Source of the DNA: the human T2T-CHM13v2.0 reference genome, Homo sapiens | Assembly: GCF_009914755.1 (NCBI RefSeq) | Contig: NC_060930.1 | Reading direction: 5' to 3' (one strand) | DNA length: 64,000 nt | In this document: positions 36,270-54,545 of the stretch, in pieces | Position numbering within the stretch: position 1 is the stretch's first letter | Layout of the letters: each line of letters opens with the position of its first letter | The notes under the pieces: model-generated | Told to the model about the DNA's origin: nothing | The model's input: only the letters and a program-made list of their open reading frames with translations | Databases searched by the model: none | Position numbers and translations under genes: made by a program

Positions 36270-37482
36270 CTCCACTGACCTAAAGCCAGACACCTGCCGT
36301 GACTGGGCAGGCTCTCTCCCATTATTAACAGAGGAAGAGGAGGGAGGCAGCAACTTTCAGGTAGCACTGATTCTTGGACATACTCTGTCCTGGGTCAAAC
36401 CCCACTGGCAGCAGGAATTCTGAATGTATTGGGGACCCCTCCTTAGGCCTCGTTAAGTCTCAAACACAGTACAGCTCACCCAGCATTGCTGACGACTGAA
36501 GATTCAGAAACAAAACCTACACACAGCACTGAGGTCTTAATCATAGCAAAATGTGATAAACCATGTTGTGAAAAACTTTTATACATTGAAGCCATGACCA
36601 TTTTGTGTCTATCTTACTCTAGCACAAAAATTGGGGGATGTTAAAAGATAGTTGTGTGGAAGCTATAAGGTTCTGTCTGTCGTGTTACTCTCTGTGGAAA
36701 TGAGAGGGGTCTCCCATTTACACTAAGCAAATTTCCATTGGTCAATTTTAATGATGTCTTGAAGCACAATTTAGCTGAGCACTGAGTAGCCATATGCTTT
36801 CTGAGTACAAGTGTGTCTGCCTTCTTCAACATGTAGGGTTGATCAAGCTAATACTTAATTGCAAATATCCCTTGTATGAGGTTAACTAAAAAAATTTTGC
36901 TATGTCTGATCTACATGTTTGCATTTTGTTCAACTAAATTAATATTTGTAGATTGCAAGTTTTGTTTAAAATAACTTTATTGAGTTTTTAAGTCCTGATC
37001 TGTTCTAAGGTGCCTTTCTCACCTCCCATTGATTCAGTGATTCTGAAGTTCTTAATTTGCAAGTAAAATAAGTCTACTAGAGAGGAGGAAATCAGGCACA
37101 AATTGACCAATTCTCATGCCATTTGCAAAGCAAAACTGTAAGGATGATGAAACCTGGCTAACTAAATTAATGGATCATTTCACTAAATCAGATAGAGGAA
37201 ATATCATAAATATTAACTTGTCTCCCTAGAAGCTGAGATTTTTCGCCTTAAATGACATGGTTGTGTTTTTGTAAGAGAAACTTAATCTAATCTAATAATG
37301 TGCATTTAAGTAAGCAGTTCTAAGTCATGTATGACAATGCAATTGTCTGTTTCCTGAAAACAAATAAATCGGGAACACCATATCCATTTCAAGCTATCAT
37401 TAAAGTGTAATTTCCTTTGCTCTCTTTTACTGGGATTATTTGTTTTAAAGTAAAACATTAAAAAGATGTCTATAAACAGCTA
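34044..37482 (+). other. KCNQ5: KCNQ5 long 3' UTR (end approximate)
   Basis: Alu-free, AT-rich stretch after the stop codon, ending in a cluster of poly(A) signals. The exact cleavage site is inferred. Confidence 0.7.
36210..36267. repeat. (CA)n microsatellite in the KCNQ5 3' UTR
   Basis: About 28 perfect CA units. Confidence 0.97.
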
Positions 37483-37734
37483 GTGTGACTATTTTTATCT
37501 GGAACTAACTAGTTGGTTCTGAACTGACTGGACCAAGTCAACCAAACTGACTGTATACAGATTTTGGACTGAAATATAAAAATTATCTTTTTGCAGTGTT
37601 ACGGAAGAAGTCTTTGGTATTTTGGGAAGGGGGGAGATTTGCATATGCTCCTGGGGTTTTTGTGAGAACTATTAATTTGAAATTGATTGTAACTCAGATA
37701 CCACGCATGTGAGTTTTGTGTTATCTATAATAAA
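37363..37734 (+). terminator. Cluster of polyadenylation signals for KCNQ5
   Basis: AATAAA 37363-37368, ATTAAA 37399-37404, ATTAAA 37457-37462 (followed by GT/T-rich sequence) and AATAAA 37729-37734. Confidence 0.6.
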
Positions 37735-38467
37735 GGGATTTGCTAAACAATGTTAAGAAATGGGGGCCAGGTGGGTGCCCAAATGTTGCAGCCTCTGGCT
37801 ACTCAGAACTACCATTTTAAGCACCTACCCAGCTCTGCCTCACCAGGGAAGGGCTTCTGCTCCAAAAGGACCTTTTTTTCTTCTTCCCTAAAAAAAATCC
37901 CATTTTTTCTATTTCACTAGCAATTTTGCACTAAGTGCCAAGGGTTAATCCCAGTGGAATTATTTTCAAAGAGATACAGAATGTTAAAACTCTGGAATAC
38001 AAAGCAACAAAGCCCGATAGAGATGTTTTAGACAGGAGGAAGAATTACAGAGTGTTATCCTAGAGGGAAGAAAGGGCTTCCCACTACTGCTCTAAAGAGA
38101 TCAAATAGTTATGTGCCTGTTCTATCAACTTCTAGATGAGGGAAAAGAAAATTGTGTATGGTATATGCTTGCTTGACCAACTTAAAAATGTTAAACCGCT
38201 TCCAAACATTTTTGGAAATACTTTAGCAGTACTTCCCACTCCTTCCATTTAAAGCAAAATATACTTACAACAGTTATTCTATCCTAACCATTCATGAAAA
38301 TGGGCTGCCAGATCTTCAAGTGACAACTTCTATCAGTCTAGATTCAACTGCTTTGAGAATCTGGTACAAGTAAAAATTGTTTCTTTGAAAAACTTAAATT
38401 TTATCTCACACAGCTCTGAGATTTGAAAACAAAATAGAAATCTAAAAATGTTTTTAAAATAAAAATA

Positions 38468-40536
<2,069 letters not shown>

Positions 40537-40539
40537 TAA

Positions 40540-40993
<454 letters not shown>

Positions 40994-41191
40994 GTCCCTT
41001 CCTCTTTTTTACTCTATACACCACCTTGACTTTAGAAACAAACTGCATCTTATAAAATAAATTATATAAAGTACTTCCATTTCCACAGCATCCACCCCAC
41101 TAACCAGCACATGACAGTCAGACTCACGACCACCCAGCAGCACAGAAAAGCTGCACTAGAAGTTCATCTGTGACCTCTTAGAAGCTAATTC

Positions 41192-41495
41192 GGCCGGGCA
41201 CGGTGGCTCACGCCTGTAATCCCAGCACTTTGGGAGGCGGAGGCGGGTGGATCACGAGGTCAGAAGATCGAGACCATCCTGGCTAACACGGTGAAACCCC
41301 GTCTCTACTAAAAATACAAAAAATTAGCCGGGCGAGGTGGCGGACGTCTGTAGTCCCAGCTAGGCGGGAGGCTGAGGCAGGAGAATGGCTTGAACCCCGC
41401 GGGGCGAAGCCTGCAGTGAGCCGAGATTGCGCCACTGCACTCCAGCCTGGGCGACAGCGAGACTCCGTCTCAAAAAAGAAAAAAAAAAAAAAAAA
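41192..41495 (+). mobile_element. AluY (Ye5-like)
   Basis: ggcgaggtgg, agcctgcagtg and gcgacagcgagact variants; TSD aagctaattc. Confidence 0.85.
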
Positions 41496-41619
41496 GCTAA
41501 TTCAAGGGACACCTTCAACCAGCATCCCTTTTGGCTTTTCTTTAATAGTGGACACTGCAATCACTCTTTCTTTCTCTTAAAATTTCTCATCTTTTAGAAC
41601 GCCACCCCTTTCCAGTTTG

Positions 41620-43235
41620 TAAGTTATGGAGAAAAAAACCAAAGTATTTTTTCTAAACTTTCACTCAACAATCGACACAGAAGACTTCTGTGACCTCTGG
41701 TCACCAAGGCGTTGTATGGGGATTTCTCTCCGCTGTCAAAAGACAAAATTACAACACAATTTAGTTTGAAGATCTTAATTGGTTTTTGTTTGCAATTTTA
41801 AAATTGTGCAACACCTCCTTCTATACAATTGAATGAATGTTACAGTGAGTCAAGCAGAGGAGGCTGGTTTTATAAACTGACAAGAGCTGAGAAGGTCAGA
41901 AACAGTAAACAAAATGCAGATTGGTTTCAGTTAATTTCCTCATAAAAGTTAAAGCAAAGGGAACTTCCTTAACATGTTGGCTAAAACTGGCCTGTTTGGA
42001 AATTTAGTTATTGTCTCTATCTCTCTTGATTTCTTGAAAGGTCAAACAACTTAGTTTTGGCTTGGTGATGTGTAAGTTTAGCATAAGTGATTCAACTGTG
42101 GTTTGGTCTGTTGGGCCTGGCAGTAGTAGTTCAATCCACATCAATGGGCTCCTATAAATTTCCTTTAACACCACCAACAGCCAAACAATCAGTTCTGCAG
42201 TGGACACAGCTGAGTGTCTTCTAATTAAATTCAATTCTGGGCTGGGCTTGGTGGCTAACACCTGTAATCCCAGCACTTTGGGAGGTGGAGGTGGGCAGAT
42301 CCCTTGAGCTCAGGCATTCGAGACCAGCCTGGACAACATGGTAAAACCCCGTCTCTACTAAAAATACAAAAATTAGCCAGGCATGGTGGCGGGCACCTGT
42401 AGTCCCAGCTTCTCAGGAGGCTGAGGCAGGAGAATCACCTCAGCCCAGGAGGCGGAGGTTGCAGTGAGCTGAGATCATGCCACTGCACTCCAGCCTGGGC
42501 TACAGAGCTGGGCCCTGTCCCAAAAAAGAAAAAAAAAAATCAATTCTGAATTATCTACCTGGAGGTAGCATTAGATCCCACATGTTGATGACTCAGTCCC
42601 ACAAGACTGCCCTCCACTTCGGATGCCAATCACAAGCCCCAGGTTGTTTTACCTGGGCTTCTGACCAACTAGGGATAAATCGAGATTCCTACAACCCATT
42701 CCTAGGATCGGACTCATTTGCTAGAGCAGCTCACAGAACTCAGGGAAACACATTTACTGGTTTATTATAAAGAATATTTCAAAGGATATGGATGAAGACA
42801 TGCATAGGGCAAGTTTATCAGGGAAGGAGTGCAGAGCTTCTACCTCCTTCCCAGGCATGCCACCCTCCAGGAACCTCCGGGTGTTAAGGTATACAGGATC
42901 TCCACAAACCCAGTCCTTTTATGGTTTTATGGAAGCTTCATTACATAGACGCGATGGATTAAATCATTAGCCATTGGTGATTAGCTCAACTTTCAGCCCC
43001 TCTACCCTTCCCAGAGTTAGAGGTGGGGCTGAAAAGTTCCAACCCTCTATTCACATCTTGACCTTCCCTGTGACCAGTCCCTGTCCTGAAGCTACCCAGG
43101 GGCTCCCAGCCACCAGTCGTCTCATTAGCATACTAAAGACACTCATCAATTTGCAGATTCCAAAGGTTTTAGGAGCTGTATGTCAGGAAACAGGACTAAG
43201 ACCAAATACTGTACATATTTTACACTGCCACAGTC
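41620..43235. mobile_element. MER21-like LTR with a nested solo LTR (41734-42170, MER31-like) and an Alu (~42240-42540)
   Basis: Inner element runs TG...CA with a 4-bp TSD ccgc/ccac; the host has MER21 motifs (cagtcccacaagactgccc). Family names are tentative. Confidence 0.65.
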
Positions 43236-43297
43236 CTACCTCTCTGACTTGGTCATCTTTATAGACTTCTCCAAGCTCCTATTGTTTCTCATTTCTT

Positions 43298-43723
<426 letters not shown>

Positions 43724-43738
43724 TGTTTTGCATTTCTT

Positions 43739-45020
43739 TTTTTTTTTTTTTTTTTAATTGATCATTCTTAGGTGTTTCTCGCAGAGGGGGATTTGGCAGG
43801 GTCATAGGACAATAGTAGAGGGAAGGTCAGCAGATAAACAAGTGAACAAAGGTCTCTGGTTTTCCTAGGCAGAGGACCCTGCGGCCTTCCGCAGTGTTTG
43901 TGTACCTGGGTACTTGAGATTAGGGAGTGGTGATGACTCTTAACCAGCATGCTGCCTTCAAGCATCTGTTTAACAAAGCACATCTTGCACCGCCCTTAAT
44001 CCATTTAACCCTGAGTGGACACAGCACATGTTTCAGAGAGCACCGGGTTGGGGGTAAGGTCATAGATCAACAGCATCCCAAGGCAGAAGAATTTTTCTTA
44101 GTACAGAACAAAATGGAGTCTCCTATGTCTACTTCTTTCTACACAGACACAGCAACAATCTGATTTCTCTGTCTTTTCCCCACATTTGCCCCTTTTCTAT
44201 TCGACAAAACCGCCATCGTCATCATGGCCCGTTCTCAATGAGCTGTTTGTTGGGTACACCTCTCAGACGGGGTGGCGGCCGGGCAGAGGGGCTCCTCACT
44301 TCCCAGAAGGGGCGGCCGGGCAGAGACGCTCCTCACCTCCCAGACAGGGTCGCGGCCGGGCAGAGGCGCTCCTCACATCCCAGACGGGGCGGCGGGGCAG
44401 AGGTGCTCCCCACATCTCAGACGATGGGCGGCCGGGCAGAGACGCTCCTCACTTCCTAGACGGGATGGCGGCAGGGAAGAGGCGCTCCTCACTTCCCAGA
44501 CTGGGCAGCCGGGCAGAGGGGCTCCTCACATCCCAGACGATGGGCGGCCAGGCAGAGACGCTCCTCACCTCCCAGACGGGGTGGCGGCCGGGCAGAGGCT
44601 GCAATCTCGGCACTTTGGGAGGCCAAGGCAGGCGGCTGGGAGGTGGAGGTTGTAGCGAGCCGAGATCACACCACTGCACTCCAGCCTGGGCAACAATGAG
44701 TACTGAGTGAACGAGACTCCATCTGCAATCCCGGCACCTTGGGAGGCGGAGGCTGGCAGATCACTCGCGGTTACCAGCTCGGCCAACACAGCGAAACCCC
44801 GTCTCCACCAAAAAAATACGAAAACCACTCAGGCGTGGCGGCGCGCGCCTGCAATCGCAGGCACTCGGCAGGCTGAGGCAGGAGAATCAGGCAGGGAGGT
44901 TGCAGTGAGCGGAGATGGCAGCAGTACAGTCCAGCTTCGGCTCGGCATTAGAGGGAGACCGTGGACAGAGAGGGAGAGGGAGACCGTGGGGAGAGGGAGA
45001 GGGAGAAGGGGAGGGAGAGG
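43739..45020 (-). mobile_element. Full-length SVA retrotransposon (SVA_B-like, short VNTR)
   Basis: On the + strand: poly-T, SINE-R (aattgatcattctt...), GC-rich VNTR ~44260-44600, Alu-like part, then (GGGAGA)n hexamers. TSD tgcatttctt at 43729-43738 and 45021-45030. Subfamily is tentative. Confidence 0.95.
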
Positions 45021-46844
45021 TGCATTTCTTAACTGTAGGTGTTCCCATGGATTCCATCAGCCTCTTCCCTTTACTCCCTCGAGCTCCATGCTCTCCCCAG
45101 GTGGTCTCACTTATGATTTCAACTACTAATGCAGAATGATCCCACCCAATCACGTATCTCCAGCCCAGATGTCCTTCCTGAACATCTTCCCTAGGGCCCA
45201 AAGTTACCACAAATGCCCCAGATTAAAACAACTTAAGGGCAGGGATATCTCACTCACATTATACCTCTAGCTTCTCACACAGTACTATGTAGTAGGGACT
45301 CAATATGTTAATGAACAAAAGTGTTTTGTTCACCCCGGGACTTTTATTTGGCTTTCAACAACTTCCAACCCCTAATTTCAGAGGCTCTGCAGTCAAGAGG
45401 AAAGTGCAATCATCAAGACTTACTCACACTGTGTCACAAATTTAATCTGTTACTTTTCCCAAAGGTCTTTACTGTATAGTCTGTTACTTTTCCAAAGGGG
45501 CCCATGAAGAAGTCAATGCCACATAACCAGTAATCATGTCTCTACAAGACTAGGACCTAAAGAGCCCCACTCCCATCCCACTCAGACCTCACATTCTTGG
45601 TCTGTACTCCTCCCCATACCCCAAAACAACTGAGTCAGACCCCATAGATGACACCCATGCCTAGACTTTGACCGCTCATCAGAAAGACTGCCTTCTGTCA
45701 AACCTCACTGTAGACCCCAAAGAAAAAAGGAGGACTATCTACTCTTCCCCTGTCCTTGTGCCCTGTAACACCATATTTCTGCTCCCCACTTCTCTTTACT
45801 CTTTCCTACCAATGCCACACCCATAGCCAGAGCCCAGCCTACACAGTCTTTGGATCCCACGCCTTAGAATAACAACTCAGGCTTAGTGACTGCCAATATT
45901 GTGTCAAAAAATGCTTCCCAGTTACCATCAATTATAATCCTTACCACATTACCACAAGAAACAACCTTCGATAGAAGGACATTTTTATCTAACTGGAAGA
46001 ACAGAGGTAGGGCTAACTCCAGGCAGAACACAATTTGTTCAATGACATCATCAAATTTCCAGATTATTTCTGTCTCTGCTGTCCTCTTTTTCAGCTGTAT
46101 ATTATTGGTGGCTCCTCTTATTGTCTACAAGATGACAACAGTGGCAACTAATGCCACACACCTTCTTAATCACATCTAACCAGAGACAGGAGGAGGCAGG
46201 AAACCCTCCACTCAAGTGCAGAGTATAAATCCTTTCCTAACACCTGGTTAGGTTAATACAGGTCACATGCTCATTCCTGGACCAGTGAATCACAATGTGT
46301 AAGGCCTGATTTGATTATGTCAATCACCATTCCCCTTTTGGAGCTAGGGAGATAGGGTACGCTTTTAAGAAACAATAGTTTTATTAGAAGAAAGATGGTA
46401 AAAGAATCCAGGCAAAAGACTGTTGCTCACCTGAGGTAGTCAGTATTATCTCAATTTTATGTGGGAAAACCAATGCACTAAGAAATCAGTGACTTGCTGA
46501 AGATCATAAAGCCATCTACTGGTAGAGCTGTTATGTAAGTGCTTGTAATCTCACGCCAGTGTTTGAGATATTCACTCCTCCATTATGATACCTAAGCTGT
46601 ACCCACACAGAAACCTTTGGTGACTGGGATTTAGAGATGAGAATTATAGCCTTAAAATATAAAATATTAATTTCATCATTTGTGGTATGAAACTTGAGAA
46701 AATACTCTTTTTGCACGTCTTTTACAAAATAAGTTTTTTCTCTAGTTTATGAGCCATCAATTATTATATTATAGATTTAAAAGTAAACATGATATTCTCC
46801 TTGAGAATAGTGTAGTTATATTCTTCCTCGAGCAAATTCATAAG

Positions 46845-48625
46845 TGTTTTCATACTTTGAATATGATCTTTCTAACTTTTATTTGGTAACTGGCCATGTA
46901 AAAACCATGTAATTAGCAAATCTTGTTGGCTTCAAAATAGATTGCAAATTCAACCATTTCCTAACATTTCTACCATTCTACTCTAGTCCAAGTCACCACT
47001 GTTGCTCTGTGATAGAGGACTGCAATTGCCTCATAAGACATACAGACTGCTAGAGAAAGAAGAAATTTGAACGGGAAGAGTTCAACTGAGGACAGGTTTA
47101 GCTTGCCATAATCTTGGCTAGAGAGATCCAAATGTAGATTTGGCATTGGGAGAAAGTTCTGGAATGGATTAATTCACAGCTTGAGGGACTTCAGAATCTC
47201 CATCTGGAGCCTTCCTCCCACCTTTCCATTCTCCCCATTTGTCTGCACTTCAAGGTCCAGGAAAACCCTGGGGCTTCTAGGAGGGTCCCTTTTTAGAAAT
47301 CCTGGTTTTCACTCAACTCAGAGCAGCCTAACCAGGCTCCAGGCCTGAGAGGAGGAGTTCCTGAAAGCGCCGACTTGTGTGCCTGGCTCCTTCCCTGGGC
47401 TGGGCCTCCCCAGACCTCAGCACTTGCCCAAAGAATCCCCTTCAGGGCTGGATAAGTTCATCCTAAGGAAAGAGGACAGCACATCGAAGGCTTTGCATCA
47501 CAGGTAGCTTATTTTATTGGATTGCTTTGCCAATAACACTTCTTACACTCAGGAGACTTCCCTCAGGCACGTGCCTAGAAGGCCTGAGAGGGACAGGTCC
47601 CCGCCACAAGTTCAAACTTTCTTCAGTGTCTTTCATGTCTTTCTCACCAAAAGTGAAGCCAAGACTTCTCCTCTCATCCCCACTTCCCAGGGGAGATCTG
47701 TCCTTAATTACGAATAGAGTGAACTCAAATAGAATACCTAACGACCAATCACTTGGTAAGGGAAAGGCTGAGGTACGCTAAGACAGACGGTTCCACTTAT
47801 CCTGGAGGCCAAAGACAGGTCTCTGGTGTACGGTGGCACACTAATGGAGGCGACCAGATCATGGTTGGTCAGGGGCTGGCTCCGGACACGCTCCAGCATC
47901 TTGAGGCCTGCAGAAGAAGTGCCCAGGGCTGGTGAAGTAGAGCCCATTACTGGGGCCCTTGGCAGGCCTGGACTCCACCAGGGACATCGCAGGGAGGATG
48001 TCACCCCAGCCAGGCCTTCCAACGTAACCCATTTATACCTCCCCACTACCCTCTACTCCCTGAAAATTGGATATCACAAAAGTGAGCCCTTCCCTTCCCA
48101 GTGAACTCTAGGAACCACCTGGATTCCCCAGCCACACAAGGGATCCTTCAAGAATCCAAGGTGCCACACAACTCAGCCAGAACTCCACCATCAAACCCTC
48201 CACACCACAGTTCAGCCAAGGATACCTACCTTGATTGTGACGACAGGAGTCCTGGCTCCCCACATAATAGAACATGTGCAGCAGCCACTGCCTTGCCCTA
48301 TGTGGTCCAACTACAGTCACATGAGTCTGGCCTGTAGCTGTGAACCAACTCTCCAGCTGAATAAGGGTGTGGCTGTGCACCTCAATGCAGTGAAGGTATG
48401 TGTCACCATGCCCTGTGAGCATAAGAGGCGAGAGGAGGGTCTATCAAGCACCAGCCCTTGGGGAGTGGGGAGGTAGCCTTGGGGGAACCGATGTGTGACT
48501 GATGAAGGTAGGAAAGAAGGGAAAAATTGAAAATGGAGAAGACAAGGATGAAGGAGGGGATGTGGGCAAAGGCCACTCACCAAAGATGAGCTCCTCCTGG
48601 TCCTCTTCCATGTGAAACACCATTG
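46845..48625 (+). repeat. Tandem segmental duplication, copy A (paralogous to ~61065-64000)
   Basis: Colinear similarity over exons, introns, 3' UTR and about 700 bp of 3' flank. Confidence 0.93.
47513..47518 (-). terminator. AATAAA poly(A) signal of the KHDC1P1-like copy
   Basis: tttatt on the + strand, at the position equivalent to the KHDC1L signal. Confidence 0.7.
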
Positions 48626-48692
48626 GATCATGAAAGTTTTCAGGCAGGGTCTACCACGGCTTCTTGCTGAGGGCACTTGTTCCCATGGCCAT
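47708..48692 (-). pseudogene. KHDC1P1: Unprocessed KHDC1-family pseudogene (coding exons 48581-48692, 48230-48412, 47708-47907)
   Basis: Spliced translation: MAMGTSALSKKPW*TLPENFHDPMVFHMEEDQEELIFG/HGDTYLHCIEVHSHTLIQLESWFTATGQTHVTVVGPHRARQWLLHMFYYVGSQDSCRHNQG/LKMLERVRSQPLTNHDLVASISVPPYTRDLSLASRISGTVCLSVPQPFPYQVIGR*VFYLSSLYS*. All GT-AG sites are intact. Premature TAGs lie at 48651-48653 and 47738-47740. The symbol is assigned from recalled locus order. Confidence 0.85.
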
Positions 48693-48757
48693 GCTCTGCT
48701 CTGACCTGATTCAGAAGAGGGGCAAGTCCAAGCAACTGGTTGGTAAAGGACTTGAAA

Positions 48758-48815
48758 AAAGTGAGGAAGGACCTAGGCTCTGTCCTTAAAATAAGTACCC
48801 AAAACAACCCGCCCC
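48758..48815 (-). promoter_or_regulatory. Putative core promoter of the KHDC1P1-like copy
   Basis: On the - strand: GC box GGGGCGGG (48808-48815), TATA-like TATTTTAA starting at 48793 (position -31), and an Inr consensus TCACTTT with +1 A at 48762. The 70-nt leader has no upstream ATG. Confidence 0.55.
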
Positions 48816-50130
48816 TTGAACCACCTTAGGGTGGGTGTTCAATCCTGGGAGGTCTTCCCAAGATAATTCATTCCAAGTAATTATCTGCTCTGAGCTTAAT
48901 CCTTTCATGCCAAACTTAATCATCTGACTAGTGCTTGCTTTTCTGATGCCCCGGAATCAAAAATTTTCTTCACTCTGAATTTTGGAGTGAAGTCACTATT
49001 TTGCAATCAGCAGTGTAAGAACTGATTCAGGCAGGGATCATCAAGGGATGCTGAGACAAATGAGGAGGCAGGGCAAGGATTGAAGGATGGAGGTGCAAGA
49101 AGGCTCCAAATGGGCTCCCTAGATTTGCACAGGTGCTGGCAGCCACCGAGTGACCACGTAGTATACTCCAACAAGACTGGGTTTGTTTGGTGTGCTGCAT
49201 CAAGGGAGAGCAAACAACACAGGAAAATAAGCGTGTCGTGGGGAGCCAATTATAGGAGTTGTCTAGGGGAGTCTAAGGAGTGTTTAGGGAGTAGGGACCA
49301 GTTTTTGAAAATGGGGCAATTTGTTGATTATCCTGGTAACTTTATCTGGGAGGTAGGAGGATTAATGTGGTCTTGATTACAGAGTGTCAAATCTCTCTTG
49401 TTTCAAACATAGAGTGGACTTTCTACATCTTGTTGCATGACAATCACTAAGCAATCTTGACTGGTTAAAATATTTTGCAAGAGATGTTTATGTTTGGTAG
49501 GGAAGATTCGAACTTGCCTGTCAGCTCCCAGCTGCAAGTTCCTAGGTACTTTTTCACTTATCATCCTCCCCTTTTGACCAAAGACAAACTCAGCCATCAG
49601 GACTTTCATCTGTGGGGTTCAGATCTAACACCATTGCCAGAATCCACTGATCACAAGTTTATCGGGACAACATTGTCTGTATCTGCATACAGTTGGTCTC
49701 TCATGTACATTTTGTTGCAAAATATAATAGTGAAAATATAATGACCACACAGTAGCATTTCAGACTGTACAGGATGCACTAGTCAAATACAATACCAGTA
49801 ATTACTAGAAAAAAATGACTATTAATACTATTAATAGGCTGCAAAGACAGAGGCCTAGATTTCAAAACCAGGCCATGAAATCATGTCCCAAATCCATCTG
49901 AATCTGATCTAGAGAGCCAAGTGGATTTGAGACTTCCAGAAGAGGCCAGAAAACCTCCCCATTTCCAAAGTTCTCCGATATGGAACAATTCAATCACCTA
50001 TCTACCGCCTATATAAATATTTGCTTTTTATTTTTGCCAGGCCCCTCCATCACACAGAAATATTTCATTTTTAATCTCCTATTTGCTGAGTGAAGGAGAA
50101 CAATCAATTCAGCCACTTGAGCTGATTTAA

Positions 50131-50440
50131 TTTTTTTTTTTTTTTTTTTTTTTTTTTCTTGAGACAGAGTCTCACTCTGTTACCCAGGCTGGAGTGCAAT
50201 GACATGATCTCGGCTATTGGCAACCTCTGCATCCCGAGTTCAAGCGATTCTTCTGCCTCAGCCTCCTGAGTAGCTGGGATTACAGACATGCACCACCATG
50301 CCGGGCTAATTTTTGTATTTTTAGTAGAGACGGGGTTTCACCATGTTGGTTAGGCTGGTCTCGAACTCCTGACCTCGTGATCCACCCACTTCGGCCTCCC
50401 AAAGTGCTGGGATTACAGGCATGAGCCACTGCGCCTAGCC
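50131..50440 (-). mobile_element. AluS(g-like), probable donor of the 43.3-kb segment
   Basis: Full-length Alu with TSD tgatttaa(c/t)tttt on both sides (50123-50135 and 50441-50453). Confidence 0.9.
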
Positions 50441-50749
50441 TGATTTAACTTTTGGGAGAAGGTCATACACTAATGGTAAATTTAGATTTTGTGCTGGCAT
50501 AGAATACTTGAAAAATTCTACTTTATATTTTTAAACCTGAATCGTTAACAAGAAGCATTAACATTATAAAAAGGAGATTCCAAAATATCTGTACAAAGCA
50601 TGAATAGTTCCCTAAAACAGCTCAAATAATCACAAACACACCCTACTCAAGTAAGAGAAGGAGAGTTGTCATGAGAGTTAAGGAGGCCGCTAACAAATAC
50701 CCACGGACTTTACCCCATAAAGTACATTATGAATGTCACTAATTAATAA

Positions 50750-54240
<3,491 letters not shown>

Positions 54241-54545
54241 ATATATATATATATATATATAATATATATATATATATAATATATATATACACACACACAC
54301 ATACACACACATATATATACACACACATATATATAATATAAATGTATGTATATTATATATTATATATGTATATATTATATATGTATATATTATGTATGTA
54401 TATATTATGTATGTATATATTATGTATGTATATATTATGTATGTATATATTATGTATGTATATATTATGTATGTATATATTATGTATGTATATATTATGT
54501 ATGTATATATTATATATGTATACGTGTGTGTGCATGTGTATGTGT
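54241..54545. repeat. Compound (TA)n/(CA)n tract and 15-bp minisatellite (TATATTATGTATGTA)n
   Basis: About 8 perfect 15-mers at ~54385-54510, extending from an Alu tail. Confidence 0.95.

Noticed and set aside
44186-45210. Several overlapping 70-174 aa GC-rich ORFs
   Set aside because: They lie in the SVA VNTR and Alu-like region; repetitive low-stop sequence, not genes.
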